A DNA stretch of 64,000 nt from Opitutales bacterium (GCA_965226885.1 CBDDEL010000011.1:224001-288000), one strand, 5' to 3'. Positions 1-10,381 are shown, counted from the stretch's first letter. Program-made: numbers and translations. The notes: generated by a model not told the origin, from the sequence alone.

Positions 1-51
1 CAAAAAAATCATGATTTCCCCCCCATTAGCGAAAGCGTATCAAGTAAACTT

Positions 52-753
52 ATGATTGACCCCGAACAGTCTACCACTCCTATTTCCAATTGGCGCCCCT
101 ACCAGGCCCCGCCACTTAGCAGCGGCAGTTCCCGTGTCCTTTCCTATTTGAGCGCATTCGGGTTGGCTGTATTCATATTCCTGGCCTTGCCGATTACTCA
201 ATTGCTTTCTGAAAAAGCATCGTCTTCCAGCTACATCGCTCTTGATACGGCCGCCATGCCTCCTCCTCCGGCTCCTCCGCCCGAACCTCCGCCCGAAGAG
301 GAGGAAGTGGCAGAAGAAGACAAGCCGGAACTGGAACAGGAACTGCAGCCATTGGACTTGAGCCAACTGGATGTCGCCCTCAACCCGGGAGTTGGCGACG
401 CTCTGGATATGGGCAACGCCATTCTCGGATTCGGAGTCACTCCGGACACCATTGCCCAGATGGACATTTTTGAACTCAAAGACCTCGATAACGATCCTCA
501 GCGAGTTGTGGCGGTTGCGCCCGTTTACCCCTTCCAATTCAAGCGCGACGGCATAACCGGCTGGGTAAAGCTGATCATTGTCATCGACGAAAAAGGCAGG
601 GTCATCAAAGCGGATGTGGAATCCTCCTCCCACCGGGAATTCGAGAGGCCGGCCATAGAGGCGATTATGCAATGGCGGTTCGAGCCGGGCACACGCAATG
701 GCAAACCGGTCAAGGTCCGCCGTTTACAGCCCATATCTTATAGGCTTCGTTAG
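52..753 (+). CDS. tonB: TonB-family energy transducer
   Basis: N-terminal TM helix, Pro/Glu-rich linker, C-terminal TonB motif (PVYP..A/K..GITGWV...WRFEPG..NGKPV). Confidence 0.9.
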   Translation: MIDPEQSTTPISNWRPYQAPPLSSGSSRVLSYLSAFGLAVFIFLALPITQLLSEKASSSSYIALDTAAMPPPPAPPPEPPPEEEEVAEEDKPELEQELQPLDLSQLDVALNPGVGDALDMGNAILGFGVTPDTIAQMDIFELKDLDNDPQRVVAVAPVYPFQFKRDGITGWVKLIIVIDEKGRVIKADVESSSHREFERPAIEAIMQWRFEPGTRNGKPVKVRRLQPISYRLR

Positions 754-831
754 TTTAGAGTCCAAAGACAGGATACAGCAGATATTTGAAGCCTGTGTCC
801 ACCAGGTCAGGATGACGGAACAATCGTTGGC

Positions 832-3204
832 TTATTTCGTCTTCATTACCCAGACGCCATCCCATTTGCCTGCGGGACGATTTTTTGCCAAGTAGTCGCA
901 ACGCTCGATATACATTTTCGAGCATCTGTCGTCGGGGTTGAGTTTCAATGCCTTTTGAAACATTTTTTTCGATGCCGCCCAATCCCCTTTTTTGTAATAA
1001 CTCACCCCGTTATTAAAGCATTCCAGGGTCTCTATCATGTTGGGAAAAGTGTCTTCCTTATGATAATCGAGGACTTCAAACACACCCACCGGTTTTGGTT
1101 TCCTTTTCACGATGACTTTGTCCACCTCGCGTGTGCGATAGGTGGATTTTAAATTCTTCATCGTATGTTCACTGATCAGAATCTTGGCCCCGTACTGCTT
1201 GCAGCCGCTTTCCAAACGGGCCGCCAGGTTCACCCCATCGCCGATCACCGTGTAGTCCATTCTCTTGGGTGAGCCGATGTTGCCGGAGACCACAAAGTCG
1301 GTATTCAACCCCACCCCGTGGTCGATGGTTCTTTTTCCCGCTTTAATGCGAGTATAATTAAAGTCGTTCAGCTCTGTCATCATGGATATGGCCGTGCGCA
1401 ATCCCCGGTCCGGGTCATCGTCGTGAGGAAAAGGCATTCCGAAAACGGCCATGATGGCGTCCCCTATAAATTTATCCAGCATGCCTCCCTCGTTCTGAAT
1501 GCAGTCCACCATAATGGTGAAATATTCGTTCAGCAGGCTGACGGTTTCCTGAGCTCCGAGTTCCTCCGTTAAGGTGGTGAAACTGCGGATATCGGAAAAC
1601 AAGACGGTGGCGATGCTGCTTTTGCCGCCCAGGACATCTTCACCGCCTTCCAGCAATTTGTCCGCCAGGCCGGAGTCCATATAGCGGGACATGGTCGATT
1701 TCATGCGCTTCTCACTGCTGATGTCTTCGATCATGATCATGAACCCGAGCTTTTCGTGTTTCACATTCATGAGAGGGTGAAAGCTAACGTTGACGGATAG
1801 TTTTTCACCGCCGAATTCCATCTCCGCATCAAAAAATTCGAGCGCCTCGTTTTGCTTTTCGACCATTTCCAGTTGTTCGGTAATCCATTGGTTCGGGCCG
1901 ACAAAAAACTCCTTGGCCTTTTTGTTCATAATTTCGGAAAAATCGGACACACCCAGGATTCGCAACCCGCAGGCGTTGCAGGTCACGATATTGCCATCCT
2001 CGTTAACGGTCAGAACACCGTTGGACATGCTCTCGAGGATGCCCTCGTTGTAATTTTTGATGTTCTGCACATCGTCGAAAAGTTTGGCGTTTTCGATGCC
2101 GATGGAAATCTGTGAGGTGAATGCGGCCAGCCGGGCTGCGTCCTCTTTTGTAAAAGGGCCGCCTCTTTTATTTAAAACCTGGGTTACGCCGATGGTCTTG
2201 CCCTCCTTGTTGAGAACCGGAATGCAAAGAATGGAACGGGTGAAAAACCCCGTCTGGCGGTCGAAAGCCGGGTTAAACCTGAGGTCGGCATAAGCGTGCG
2301 GAATATTAATGGTATCCCCGCTGGTGAAAACGGAACCGGCAATGCCCAGGTGGTTGGGCAGGCGGATCTGGGTGACCCCGAGGCCCTCTCCAACTTCCGT
2401 GAAAAGCTCGTTCGTTTTCTCATCGTTGATAAAAAGAGTGGAGCGCTCCGCATCAAGCATCTTGGTGATGGTTTTAATGATCTTTTGCAGGAGCGGAGCT
2501 AGTTTGAGCTCGGAGGAGACTTGCGCCACAAGATCGAGGAACTCCATTTCCTGCCGCCGGGTCTCCTTCATTTGTTCGATCACCAGATTGCCTTGCAGGG
2601 CGAAGGCCGCCTGGTCGGTCATGGCTCCGAGCAACTCGAGATCGTTTTCCGTAAATTCACCGTCGAGCTTGTTTAAAATCTGGGTAACGCCGATTTTTTC
2701 CCCGCTTAACGATTTAAGCGGAGCGCACAGAATGTTACTGGTTCTAAAACAGGTGCGATCGTCAATTTCATGATTAAAGCGATCATCTTTGTAGGCGTCG
2801 TGGATGATGACTCCAGCGTCATGGGAAAAGCACCAGCCAATGACCCCGCTAGTGTTTAAAATCCTGATTTCCCTTCTAAAATTTCCCTGGGCCACCCGCG
2901 AATACAGCTCGCCGGTCTGGCTGTCGTTGAGAAAAATGGAGCCCCTTTCCGCGCCGATAGCCGAAGTCGTTATGTCCACCAGGGTTTCCAGGGCGTCGTC
3001 CAAAGTTTTGGAAACCGCCAGGTCGTTCGTCACTTTGAGGAGCATTTGGGCGAACCCGCGAGTCCTCTTCAAACGACTCATATTTTTACTAGTCTTTTTA
3101 GGGGAACCGTTATCGCCCGATTTTTTATTTTTCTCTGCCGGTTCCTTCAAAGGCGTCGTCTCTGCTCGTTCAATACGAGGTTCTTTCAATGTTTCACTTT
3201 GCAT
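832..3204 (-). CDS. Class III adenylate cyclase, GAF-GAF-PAS-cyclase-TPR
   Basis: Two GAF domains with NKxxG.F motifs, PAS, cyclase motifs FSDIRSFT, DKFIGDA, DYTVIGDGVNLAARLE; C-terminal TPR-like helix pair. Confidence 0.93.
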   Translation of the reverse strand: MQSETLKEPRIERAETTPLKEPAEKNKKSGDNGSPKKTSKNMSRLKRTRGFAQMLLKVTNDLAVSKTLDDALETLVDITTSAIGAERGSIFLNDSQTGELYSRVAQGNFRREIRILNTSGVIGWCFSHDAGVIIHDAYKDDRFNHEIDDRTCFRTSNILCAPLKSLSGEKIGVTQILNKLDGEFTENDLELLGAMTDQAAFALQGNLVIEQMKETRRQEMEFLDLVAQVSSELKLAPLLQKIIKTITKMLDAERSTLFINDEKTNELFTEVGEGLGVTQIRLPNHLGIAGSVFTSGDTINIPHAYADLRFNPAFDRQTGFFTRSILCIPVLNKEGKTIGVTQVLNKRGGPFTKEDAARLAAFTSQISIGIENAKLFDDVQNIKNYNEGILESMSNGVLTVNEDGNIVTCNACGLRILGVSDFSEIMNKKAKEFFVGPNQWITEQLEMVEKQNEALEFFDAEMEFGGEKLSVNVSFHPLMNVKHEKLGFMIMIEDISSEKRMKSTMSRYMDSGLADKLLEGGEDVLGGKSSIATVLFSDIRSFTTLTEELGAQETVSLLNEYFTIMVDCIQNEGGMLDKFIGDAIMAVFGMPFPHDDDPDRGLRTAISMMTELNDFNYTRIKAGKRTIDHGVGLNTDFVVSGNIGSPKRMDYTVIGDGVNLAARLESGCKQYGAKILISEHTMKNLKSTYRTREVDKVIVKRKPKPVGVFEVLDYHKEDTFPNMIETLECFNNGVSYYKKGDWAASKKMFQKALKLNPDDRCSKMYIERCDYLAKNRPAGKWDGVWVMKTK

Positions 3205-4170
3205 TCTGCTGATCCAGTTTTGCTCGAAGGCTACCGATAGTATCCTTGAATTGATTGCATTGATTGTTGGTTGTGGCGATAATTTTTTGAAGGCGTTCGT
3301 CGCATTCGAATTTCATTGCTTCCAGATTGTCCCTAAGGGAATTTACCGTTTCACTCAACTGCTTGTTTTCATTGTTGACGGTGGAAAGTTGCTTTTGAAT
3401 GCGTTCCTTTTCCCCGAAATAGGCTTTGTCCATTTCATCCCTCAAGGCATGGGAAAGGGATTTGAGCTGCCGGTTTTCCTCGGTCAGGGCAGCCACCGCT
3501 TTTTGCATACGGCTGTCTTGATCGATATTCAATTTTTCCAATTCGTCGCGGAGCGAGTGGATGGTTTCGAGCAGTTGTTTGTTTTCCCTGGTTGATTCTG
3601 CCACTGCTTTCTGGATTCGCTCATCCACCCCGATGCGGGAATTTTCCAGTTCTTCACGCAGGGCATTTACGGTTTTCTTGAGCTGAATATTTTCGGCCGT
3701 CAATTTGGAAATGGCTTTCTGGATTCGCTGGTCCTCGCCAATGCGGGCTTTTTCGTGCTCATCGCGGAGCGCGTTTATGGTTTGCTTGATGAGCCTGTTT
3801 TCGGATGTCAGGGAAGCCACGGCCTCCTGGACTCGTTCGTCCACAATGAAATGGGCTTTTTCCAGTTCATCGCGGAGCGAATCAACGATGCCCTTCATCC
3901 CATTCACTTCGTTGTGGGCGCCGGCAATCGCTTTCTGCCTCCGTTTATCCTCCCCGATGCGCTCCATTTCCAAATTATCGCGGAGGGCATTTATCTGGCT
4001 TTCTGGCTTATAAGTTCTTTTATTTCGACTTTGGATTGAGCCACAGATTTCTGTATGCGGTCATCCACACCGATCCGCGATTTCTCCAATTCTTCACGCA
4101 TACGGTCAATGGTTTCCCGCAAATGGCGGTTTTCCATCTGCTCTTCGTGAAGCTGTTCGTATTGAATCAT
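3194..4170 (-). pseudogene. 36-aa-repeat helical/coiled-coil protein, frameshifted by an 8-bp tandem duplication
   Basis: ORFs 3991-4179 and 3194-3973 share the LRDELE..I..D.RIQKA repeat; removing one TCTGGCTT copy (3994-4009) joins them in frame (KELISQINALRDNLE), 322 aa. Confidence 0.85.
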
Positions 4171-4374
4171 GCTCCTCAATAGCCCTTTCCGAGGCGGATA
4201 TCTAAGTAAGTTTTGGCTCTTCCAAGGTGTATCACGCAGTTGTCAAACCCCTTGGCAATTCGAGAACTGTGAGGCTGGAATTGAAGATATTGCAATTTTT
4301 TTGGGAAAAAAGCAAGGCTTTGCGGACGCTCTCTGTGTCCGGCCCTGCCGTTTAAAATTTGGCCGTAAACCGGT

Positions 4375-6375
4375 CTACCACTGGGGGCTCATGCGCACAT
4401 GGAGGGTTTCGTAGCGATCTTGCGGGATTTCCTCGATGAAGCGGCTCGGTTTCAATCGTATAGGCCCGCCGCCCTGTGCATTGACCATGGGATAGCTCAA
4501 ATAAAGTTCATCCCGGGCCCTGGTCACGGCTACATAAAAAAGCCTTCGCTCTTCCTCCAGATTGTCCTCCTCGATGGCCCTTCGCAGCGGAAAAAGGCCG
4601 TCCGCCAGGCCGATCACAAAAACCACTGGGTACTCCAGACCCTTGGCCTGATGAATGGTGGTCAGGCGCAGGCAATCCTCCGACATATCTACGGATCGGT
4701 CGCCGGTTTCGGAACTGAGGAGGGCCAGTTGGGCCAGCAGTTCGTTGATTTCATCGTAGCGCCCGGCAAATGAAATGAGGCTTTCCAGGTCTTCGGAGCG
4801 GCTGGACCAGTTGGGCCAATGGTTTTTTCCGAAACTTTCATACCAGCCTTCCACGGCCACGCGAACGGTTTCCTGGGGTGAGCGGGTTCGCATCGTTTCT
4901 TCGATATCGACCAGGGTCAGGGCCAGATCCGCCCAGTCTTCCTTCGCTGCGGCCGGGATTTTGAGATCTTTGGAAAATAGAGCCTGGAGCAAAGAATTTT
5001 TTTCATCCTGGGCGATTTGATGAAGTTTTTCAAACACCCGGTAAGCCGTTTTTTCACCGATTTTTGGCAAGAGGCAGGCAATCCGGGAAAAGGCCGCGCT
5101 ATCACCTGGATTGACCATAAACCTAAGTTGCGCCACCAGGTCCCGGATATGGGCCTGTTCGAAGAAACGCACACCGCTGGTGATGATAAAGGGTATCCCT
5201 TGCCGCGAAAGCTCGATTTGCAAATCGAGAGAGTGGTAATGAGCCCGGTAGAGAATCGCGATATCGGAAAGCTGCAGACCCTCCTCTTCAACCAAGGCAT
5301 CAATGCGCTTGATGATGATGTGGGCCTGCTGCCGCCCATCCATGACCTGAAGCAGGTAGGGAATTTCCCGCTGAGGCCGTACCGCCAGCAATTCCTTTCG
5401 ATAGGCCGGATCGATATTCTGGGCGTCGAGCACACTGTTGGCCAGGCCGAGAATTTGCGGCGTGCTTCGGTAATTCGTTTCGATCTTGTAAATTTTCGTG
5501 CCCGGATGCCGTTTGGGAAAGGACATGATGTTGTCGTAACTGGCCCCCCTCCAGGTATAGATGCACTGGGCTTCGTCTCCCACCGCCATAATCCGGTGGT
5601 GCGAGCCGATCCGGTCGATGATTTCCGTCTGCAAGCGGTTGGTGTCCTGATATTCGTCCACCAGAAGGTATTGGAAACGATCCGTGCAATAGGGCGCCGC
5701 CACCGCATCCGTGCGTAGCAATTCCAGCCATAGATCGAGCAAATCGTCAAAATCGACGACCTGCGCTTTCCTTTTGCGAAGGGTGTAAGCATTGAAAAAA
5801 TCCTCCATCGGGCCCGCCAATACTTTAAAACCGCCGTAGCGGCTCTCGATGGTTTCCATCAAACTGTTTTGTGTATTGCGGGCCAGACTGATGATGCCGG
5901 CAATGACTTTGGCTTTGGGGTTGTCCTTGGTCTTGAGGAACGAAGCGTCAACACCCCTGATGGTGTCCTTGAGCATCGATTCCGCCTCGCCTTGGTCCAT
6001 GATGGTGAAATTCGGCTCCAACCCGAGGCTGCCGCCATGTATCCGCAGGATTTTCTGGCCGATGCTGTGAAAAGTGCCTCCCCAGAACTGTTTTCTCTCT
6101 ATTCCCGTAAGGTCCTCAACCCGTTCCAGCATTTCCCGGGCCGCCTTGTTGGTAAAAGTCAAAAGCAATATATTCCACGGGCGCATGCCCTGCTCCAGCA
6201 GCCAAGCCACCCGGTAGGTGAGTGCGCGGGTCTTGCCGGAACCGGCCCCCGCCAGAACCAGGGCCGGGCCGGGCTCCGCAGTAACCACACTGAACTGCTC
6301 GGGGTTAAGCGCTTTTTCGTAATCGATGGGGCAAAACTCTTCCAGCTTCGCCATGCTCTGGCCATTGGTTTCCAT
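4375..6375 (-). CDS. uvrD: UvrD/PcrA/Rep-family ATP-dependent DNA helicase
   Basis: AGAGSGKT, LVDEYQD, NYRS, TIHQAKGLEY, EERRLFYVAVTRA; start approximate. Confidence 0.93.
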   Translation of the reverse strand: METNGQSMAKLEEFCPIDYEKALNPEQFSVVTAEPGPALVLAGAGSGKTRALTYRVAWLLEQGMRPWNILLLTFTNKAAREMLERVEDLTGIERKQFWGGTFHSIGQKILRIHGGSLGLEPNFTIMDQGEAESMLKDTIRGVDASFLKTKDNPKAKVIAGIISLARNTQNSLMETIESRYGGFKVLAGPMEDFFNAYTLRKRKAQVVDFDDLLDLWLELLRTDAVAAPYCTDRFQYLLVDEYQDTNRLQTEIIDRIGSHHRIMAVGDEAQCIYTWRGASYDNIMSFPKRHPGTKIYKIETNYRSTPQILGLANSVLDAQNIDPAYRKELLAVRPQREIPYLLQVMDGRQQAHIIIKRIDALVEEEGLQLSDIAILYRAHYHSLDLQIELSRQGIPFIITSGVRFFEQAHIRDLVAQLRFMVNPGDSAAFSRIACLLPKIGEKTAYRVFEKLHQIAQDEKNSLLQALFSKDLKIPAAAKEDWADLALTLVDIEETMRTRSPQETVRVAVEGWYESFGKNHWPNWSSRSEDLESLISFAGRYDEINELLAQLALLSSETGDRSVDMSEDCLRLTTIHQAKGLEYPVVFVIGLADGLFPLRRAIEEDNLEEERRLFYVAVTRARDELYLSYPMVNAQGGGPIRLKPSRFIEEIPQDRYETLHVRMSPQW

Positions 6376-6459
6376 ATTCGAATTGATGGCCTTAAAGCAT
6401 AAGATGCCCAATGGGAAACCTTCTTTTTCCAGGAGCGAATAATAATGGAATTGCCAGCT

Positions 6460-7575
6460 TCAGGCCAGTGTCACGAGGGAGTCCCGGTGCACCACTTCGA
6501 GCCGCTTGCGACCTGGAAATTGCGACTGTATCTGGTCCGTATCCCGGCCTGCCACATGGGCCAGATCGGAGCTGTCGAACTGGCTTATGCCGCGAGCGAA
6601 ATTGGCCCCGTCGGGCTGTTCGATGCTGATAATGGCTCCGGCCTGAAATTCACCGCTATAACCGGTCACCCCCTTGGGCAATAGGCTGCCGCCCTTGTGC
6701 AGCAAGGCATGGCGGGCCCCTTCGTCAACCCGCACCGAGCCTTCCGATTGTTCAAAAAATGCAAGCCATCGTTTCTTTGAAACAAGCGGTATCTTGCATG
6801 GAATAAAAAAAGTTCCCTTGGCCTTTCCCTCAAAAATACGCGCCAGTATATCCGTTTTTTGGCCGCTTCCGAGAAATACACCGCACCCCGATCGGATGGC
6901 AATTTTGGCCGCTTCTATCTTGGTCTTCATGCCACCCACGGAAGTGACGCTGTTGGTGCCCTTGGCCATGCTTTCGATTTTAGGGGTGATTTTTTCCACC
7001 ACCGGGACAATACCGTTCGAATCGGTCAAATCCATAAGACCATCAATGGTGGACAGGATAACCAGCATTTCGGATTTTGTCAGGCTGGCCACCAAGGCCG
7101 ATAAAATGTCATTGTCTCCGAACCGGTGGCGCAATTCATCCGCACTGACTGAATCGTTTTCGTTGACAATCGGCGCCACCCCGCAAGTCAATAATTTCTC
7201 GAAAAGGTCTTTCACCGCCACATGGCGTTTTCTGCTGCGCACATCTTCGCGGGTCAGCAAGAGTTGGGCCACCGTAATATTATAAGGGTTGAACCCGGTT
7301 TGCCAAGTATCGGTTAAAATGCTCTGCCCCACCGCGGCGCAAGCCTGCAAGTCCGTCAGGCTGGTGGGGCGCTTACGGTAGCCAAGCTTGTTCATGCCCA
7401 GCCCGACTGCGCCCGAACTCACTACAATGACCTGTAGGCCGCGGGAGCGAAGCTGGCTCACCTGCCGGCAAATGCCATTGATACGCTCCACATCGATGGA
7501 GCCTTCTTCCGTGGTCAGAAGTCTTGTGCCCAGCTTGATGACTACGCGCCGGGTTTTTTCAAGAAGAGAGTGCAT
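6460..7575 (-). CDS. proB: Glutamate 5-kinase with PUA domain
   Basis: VIKLGT, VSSGAV, NENDSV, FGDND, GGMKTK motifs, C-terminal PUA (VVHRD). Confidence 0.96.
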   Translation of the reverse strand: MHSLLEKTRRVVIKLGTRLLTTEEGSIDVERINGICRQVSQLRSRGLQVIVVSSGAVGLGMNKLGYRKRPTSLTDLQACAAVGQSILTDTWQTGFNPYNITVAQLLLTREDVRSRKRHVAVKDLFEKLLTCGVAPIVNENDSVSADELRHRFGDNDILSALVASLTKSEMLVILSTIDGLMDLTDSNGIVPVVEKITPKIESMAKGTNSVTSVGGMKTKIEAAKIAIRSGCGVFLGSGQKTDILARIFEGKAKGTFFIPCKIPLVSKKRWLAFFEQSEGSVRVDEGARHALLHKGGSLLPKGVTGYSGEFQAGAIISIEQPDGANFARGISQFDSSDLAHVAGRDTDQIQSQFPGRKRLEVVHRDSLVTLA

Positions 7576-7599
7576 GACGATTTAGCAGGTTATTGATAT

Positions 7600-7692
7600 A
7601 GGTCTCAGGTGTCAGGTTTCAGGTTTCGAGATGCATGATGCACGGTGCAGATTGAATTTGTCGAGTCCTGACACCTGAAACCTGACGCCTGA
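7600..7692. repeat. Heptamer-repeat inverted (hairpin) element, copy 1
   Basis: AGGTCTC AGGTGTC AGGTTTC AGGTTTC, 39-nt spacer, CCTGACA CCTGAAA CCTGACG CCTGA. Confidence 0.85.
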
Positions 7693-7725
7693 TTCCTTCG
7701 CCCATCACCCGCGGGGTGTACTCAA

Positions 7726-8295
7726 TTAAAGCGTGGTCAACTCGTTTTCTTTTCGGGCCAGGTGCTCCCCGATTTTCTCGACATGGGAATCGGTATCCTT
7801 TTGCACCTCTTTTTCGTGTCGTTTGAAATCGTCCTCCGAGATCTCCTTGTCCTTTTGCATTTTCTTGAGGGCTTCCAACGCGTCCCGCCGGGCATGACGT
7901 ACGCTGATGCGGCCCTCTTCGGCCATGGTATGAGCTATTTTTACCAGTTCTTGCCGTCGCTCCCGGCTCAACTCCGGAATGTGTATGTGGATGACCGTCC
8001 CCGCGACTGTCGGATTCAGCCCCAGTTTCGCCGTTTGTATGGCCTTTTCCACATCCTGAACAACCGATTTGTCCCAAGGCTGCACTTGAATCGTCCGCGC
8101 ATCCGGCGTGGTGATGGCTGCAATCTCCCGCAGGTGCATAATACTGCTACCATAGGCTTTAACATGCACCTGAAGGTTCTCGATCAGCCCCGGAGACGCT
8201 TTCCCCGTATGCAGAGTGTTGAATTCGTGAGCGGTGAACTCCACCGCTTTTTCCATACTTTCCTCGGCTTCCAGAAGCACCGTTTCGTAGTCCAT
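7726..8295 (-). CDS. frr: Ribosome recycling factor
   Basis: TGKASP, QPWDK, GLNP, RRQELVK, ISEDD motifs; follows pyrH. Confidence 0.97.
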   Translation of the reverse strand: MDYETVLLEAEESMEKAVEFTAHEFNTLHTGKASPGLIENLQVHVKAYGSSIMHLREIAAITTPDARTIQVQPWDKSVVQDVEKAIQTAKLGLNPTVAGTVIHIHIPELSRERRQELVKIAHTMAEEGRISVRHARRDALEALKKMQKDKEISEDDFKRHEKEVQKDTDSHVEKIGEHLARKENELTTL

Positions 8296-8334
8296 GGCAG
8301 ATAGGGGATAAAGGGTTGATACTTTAAGTTAAAG

Positions 8335-9075
8335 TTAATGAATCAAGGTGCCCACCTTTTCGCCCTGGACGGCCCTTTTAATGGTCCCGAGTTCGTTCAT
8401 GTTCAAAACCAGGATGGGCATGTCATTGTCCAGACAAAGTGAAAATGCGGTTGAATCCATAACCCTAAGCCGATCTTTAAGCGCGTCAACAAACGATATT
8501 TCGTCATATTTGACGGCATCGGGGTGCTCCATCGGATCTTTATCATAAACCCCGTCCACCTTGGTTGCCTTAACCACTAGATCGGCCCCGAGTTCACTGG
8601 CCCGCAAGGCGGCGCATGTGTCGGTCGAAAAGTAAGGATTCCCCGTCCCCGCCGCCAGAATGACAATGCGGCCTTTTACGAGGTGGCGCATGGCCCGCCG
8701 GCGGATGAACGGTTCGGCCACCTTGTCCATCGGGATGGCGCTCATGAGGCGGACCTCCAGACCTGCTTTTTCCAGGAAATCGAGAAAAGCCAAGCCATTG
8801 ACCACCGTTGACAACATGCCCATGAAATCCCCCGTGGTGCGGTCGATTCCCCGCGTTCGCTCCCCTGAAAGACCCCGAAAAATGTTACCACCCCCGATAA
8901 CCAGCCCGATTTGCACCCCGAGGTCGTGCACCTCTTTTATTTCCTGGGACATGGTCTGCAATATGCGGCCACTGATGGGGTTGCCCGTTTCGGGATTGCG
9001 CAAGGCCTCCCCGCTGAGCTTGAGAATGATGCGTTTATATTTGAGACCGGGGGCGCCGGTTGAGTCATTTCCCAT
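8335..9075 (-). CDS. pyrH: UMP kinase
   Basis: LKLSGEAL, GGGNIFRG, GTGNPYFSTD, KATKVDGVY, VMDSTA. Confidence 0.97.
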   Translation of the reverse strand: MGNDSTGAPGLKYKRIILKLSGEALRNPETGNPISGRILQTMSQEIKEVHDLGVQIGLVIGGGNIFRGLSGERTRGIDRTTGDFMGMLSTVVNGLAFLDFLEKAGLEVRLMSAIPMDKVAEPFIRRRAMRHLVKGRIVILAAGTGNPYFSTDTCAALRASELGADLVVKATKVDGVYDKDPMEHPDAVKYDEISFVDALKDRLRVMDSTAFSLCLDNDMPILVLNMNELGTIKRAVQGEKVGTLIH

Positions 9076-9201
9076 GGTTGAAGTTAATTGAGGAAAAAAA
9101 GCGGCAGCGTCAACCCAATGCTGGGCCTATAAATTCCATTTTCCCAACCCCCGGCGGCCACCCGGCTCCGGTAATTCCGCCCCAAGGCATAAAGTGGAAA
9201 C

Positions 9202-9229
9202 TTGACGCCTCCCGGAAAGTTGCTAAAAA
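9202..9229 (+). promoter_or_regulatory. Possible sigma70 promoter for tRNA-Gln
   Basis: TTGACG-N16-TAAAAA about 37 nt upstream of the tRNA; motif match only. Confidence 0.35.
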
Positions 9230-9265
9230 ACCGGTAAAAGAGGCCGATAGGGCTTCTTCTTGTAT

Positions 9266-9339
9266 TGCCCGGTGGTGTAATGGTAGCACAGCTGGTTTTG
9301 GTCCAGCCAGTCAAGGTTCGAACCCTTGCCGGGCAGCCA
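9266..9339 (+). tRNA. tRNA-Gln (TTG)
   Basis: Acceptor TGCCCGG/CCGGGCA, anticodon arm GCTGG-TTTTGGT-CCAGC, T loop GGTTCGAAC, encoded CCA. Confidence 0.96.
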
Positions 9340-9606
9340 TTTCGCCGGGGACGGAGCAGTAATTTGCCGAAAAAGTTACATTTTGCCGGTTAACCCAAAA
9401 TTGAGTCTTATCTGGAAAACTATTGAAAAGAGAGGAACTCACAATCAAGACTTCTGAATACCATAACCCTTATTATTACGAATATACTTTCGTCGATCAT
9501 CACTTTGGGGGAGGGAAGTTTTACGGTGTGGAACTGACTCCGTTGGGCGAAGTGTCCCGGCCCATGGATTGCTGTTACCGCTGCCAATAACGAATAGGAG
9601 ACTTGG

Positions 9607-10281
9607 ATGTATGAGCTTGATCTAGTTGTGTTCGATATGGCGGGGACTACGGTGCGTGCAACGGACCAGGTGTCTGCCGCCTTCCAGGGAGTCTTCGAGC
9701 AAGTGGGCGTGACATTGTCTGACGAGGAAATTCTGTCAGTCCGGGGCAGGTCGAAGCGTGAGGCAATCTCAGAACTTTTGACTCGCCATCTCAGCGCCAT
9801 CGATGAGCGGCGGCTGGCAGCCGGAGTTTACAGCGAATTCCAGCGCATTCTGATAGAGAGATACAAGGAACAAGGGGTTGAGTCAATCGATGGCGCTGAT
9901 GAAACGTTTGAGTGGTTAAGGAGGGAAGATGTGAAAATCGGGCTGAGTACAGGCTTTGACCGAACCCTAACGGACCTGTTGTTGCGCATGATTGGGTGGG
10001 ATAAATCAATAGACGTGGTCGTATGTAATGAAGATGTGCCTTGAGGACGGCCAGCGCCGTATTTGATATATCGTGCAATGGAATGGACGGGCTGCGATTG
10101 TATCCACCGTGTCGCCGCTGTCGGCGATACAGTTTCCGATTTGCAAGCTGCATTTAACGCCGGAGTGCGTTGGAGCATTGGAGTGCTATCGGGCGCCCAT
10201 TCCGAAACCCGACTCAAATCCTGTCCTCATAGCGAGATTATCGCCAGCGTTAAAGAGCTACCCTCTGTGTTCAAGCAGTAG
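9607..10281 (+). pseudogene. Phosphonatase-like HAD hydrolase with in-frame TGA at 10042-10044
   Basis: FDMAGTT motif I; frame continues NEDVP*GRPAPYLI...VGDTVSD...GVLSGAH. Confidence 0.85.
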
Positions 10282-10381
10282 ACGATTTCTGGTTGAAGAA
10301 ATTACGGAATTCACGCTCAATACTTACGAATACCATTTGCCTTTAACATGTAGAATAATAGAGTATCGGGGACATAAAAAT

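Noticed and set aside
3985..4015. Programmed frameshift
   Set aside because: No slippery run; a perfect 8-bp duplication explains the break.
3194..4170. 108-bp periodicity as a DNA-level array
   Set aside because: Conservation is at protein level only.
10042..10100. Selenocysteine or TGA recoding in the HAD gene
   Set aside because: The position is not a catalytic Cys site, no clear SECIS follows, and TGA terminates other genes in the window.
10073..10381. N-terminal extension of the RraA ORF
   Set aside because: Overlaps the HAD gene in another frame; ATG at 10382 fits the family length.
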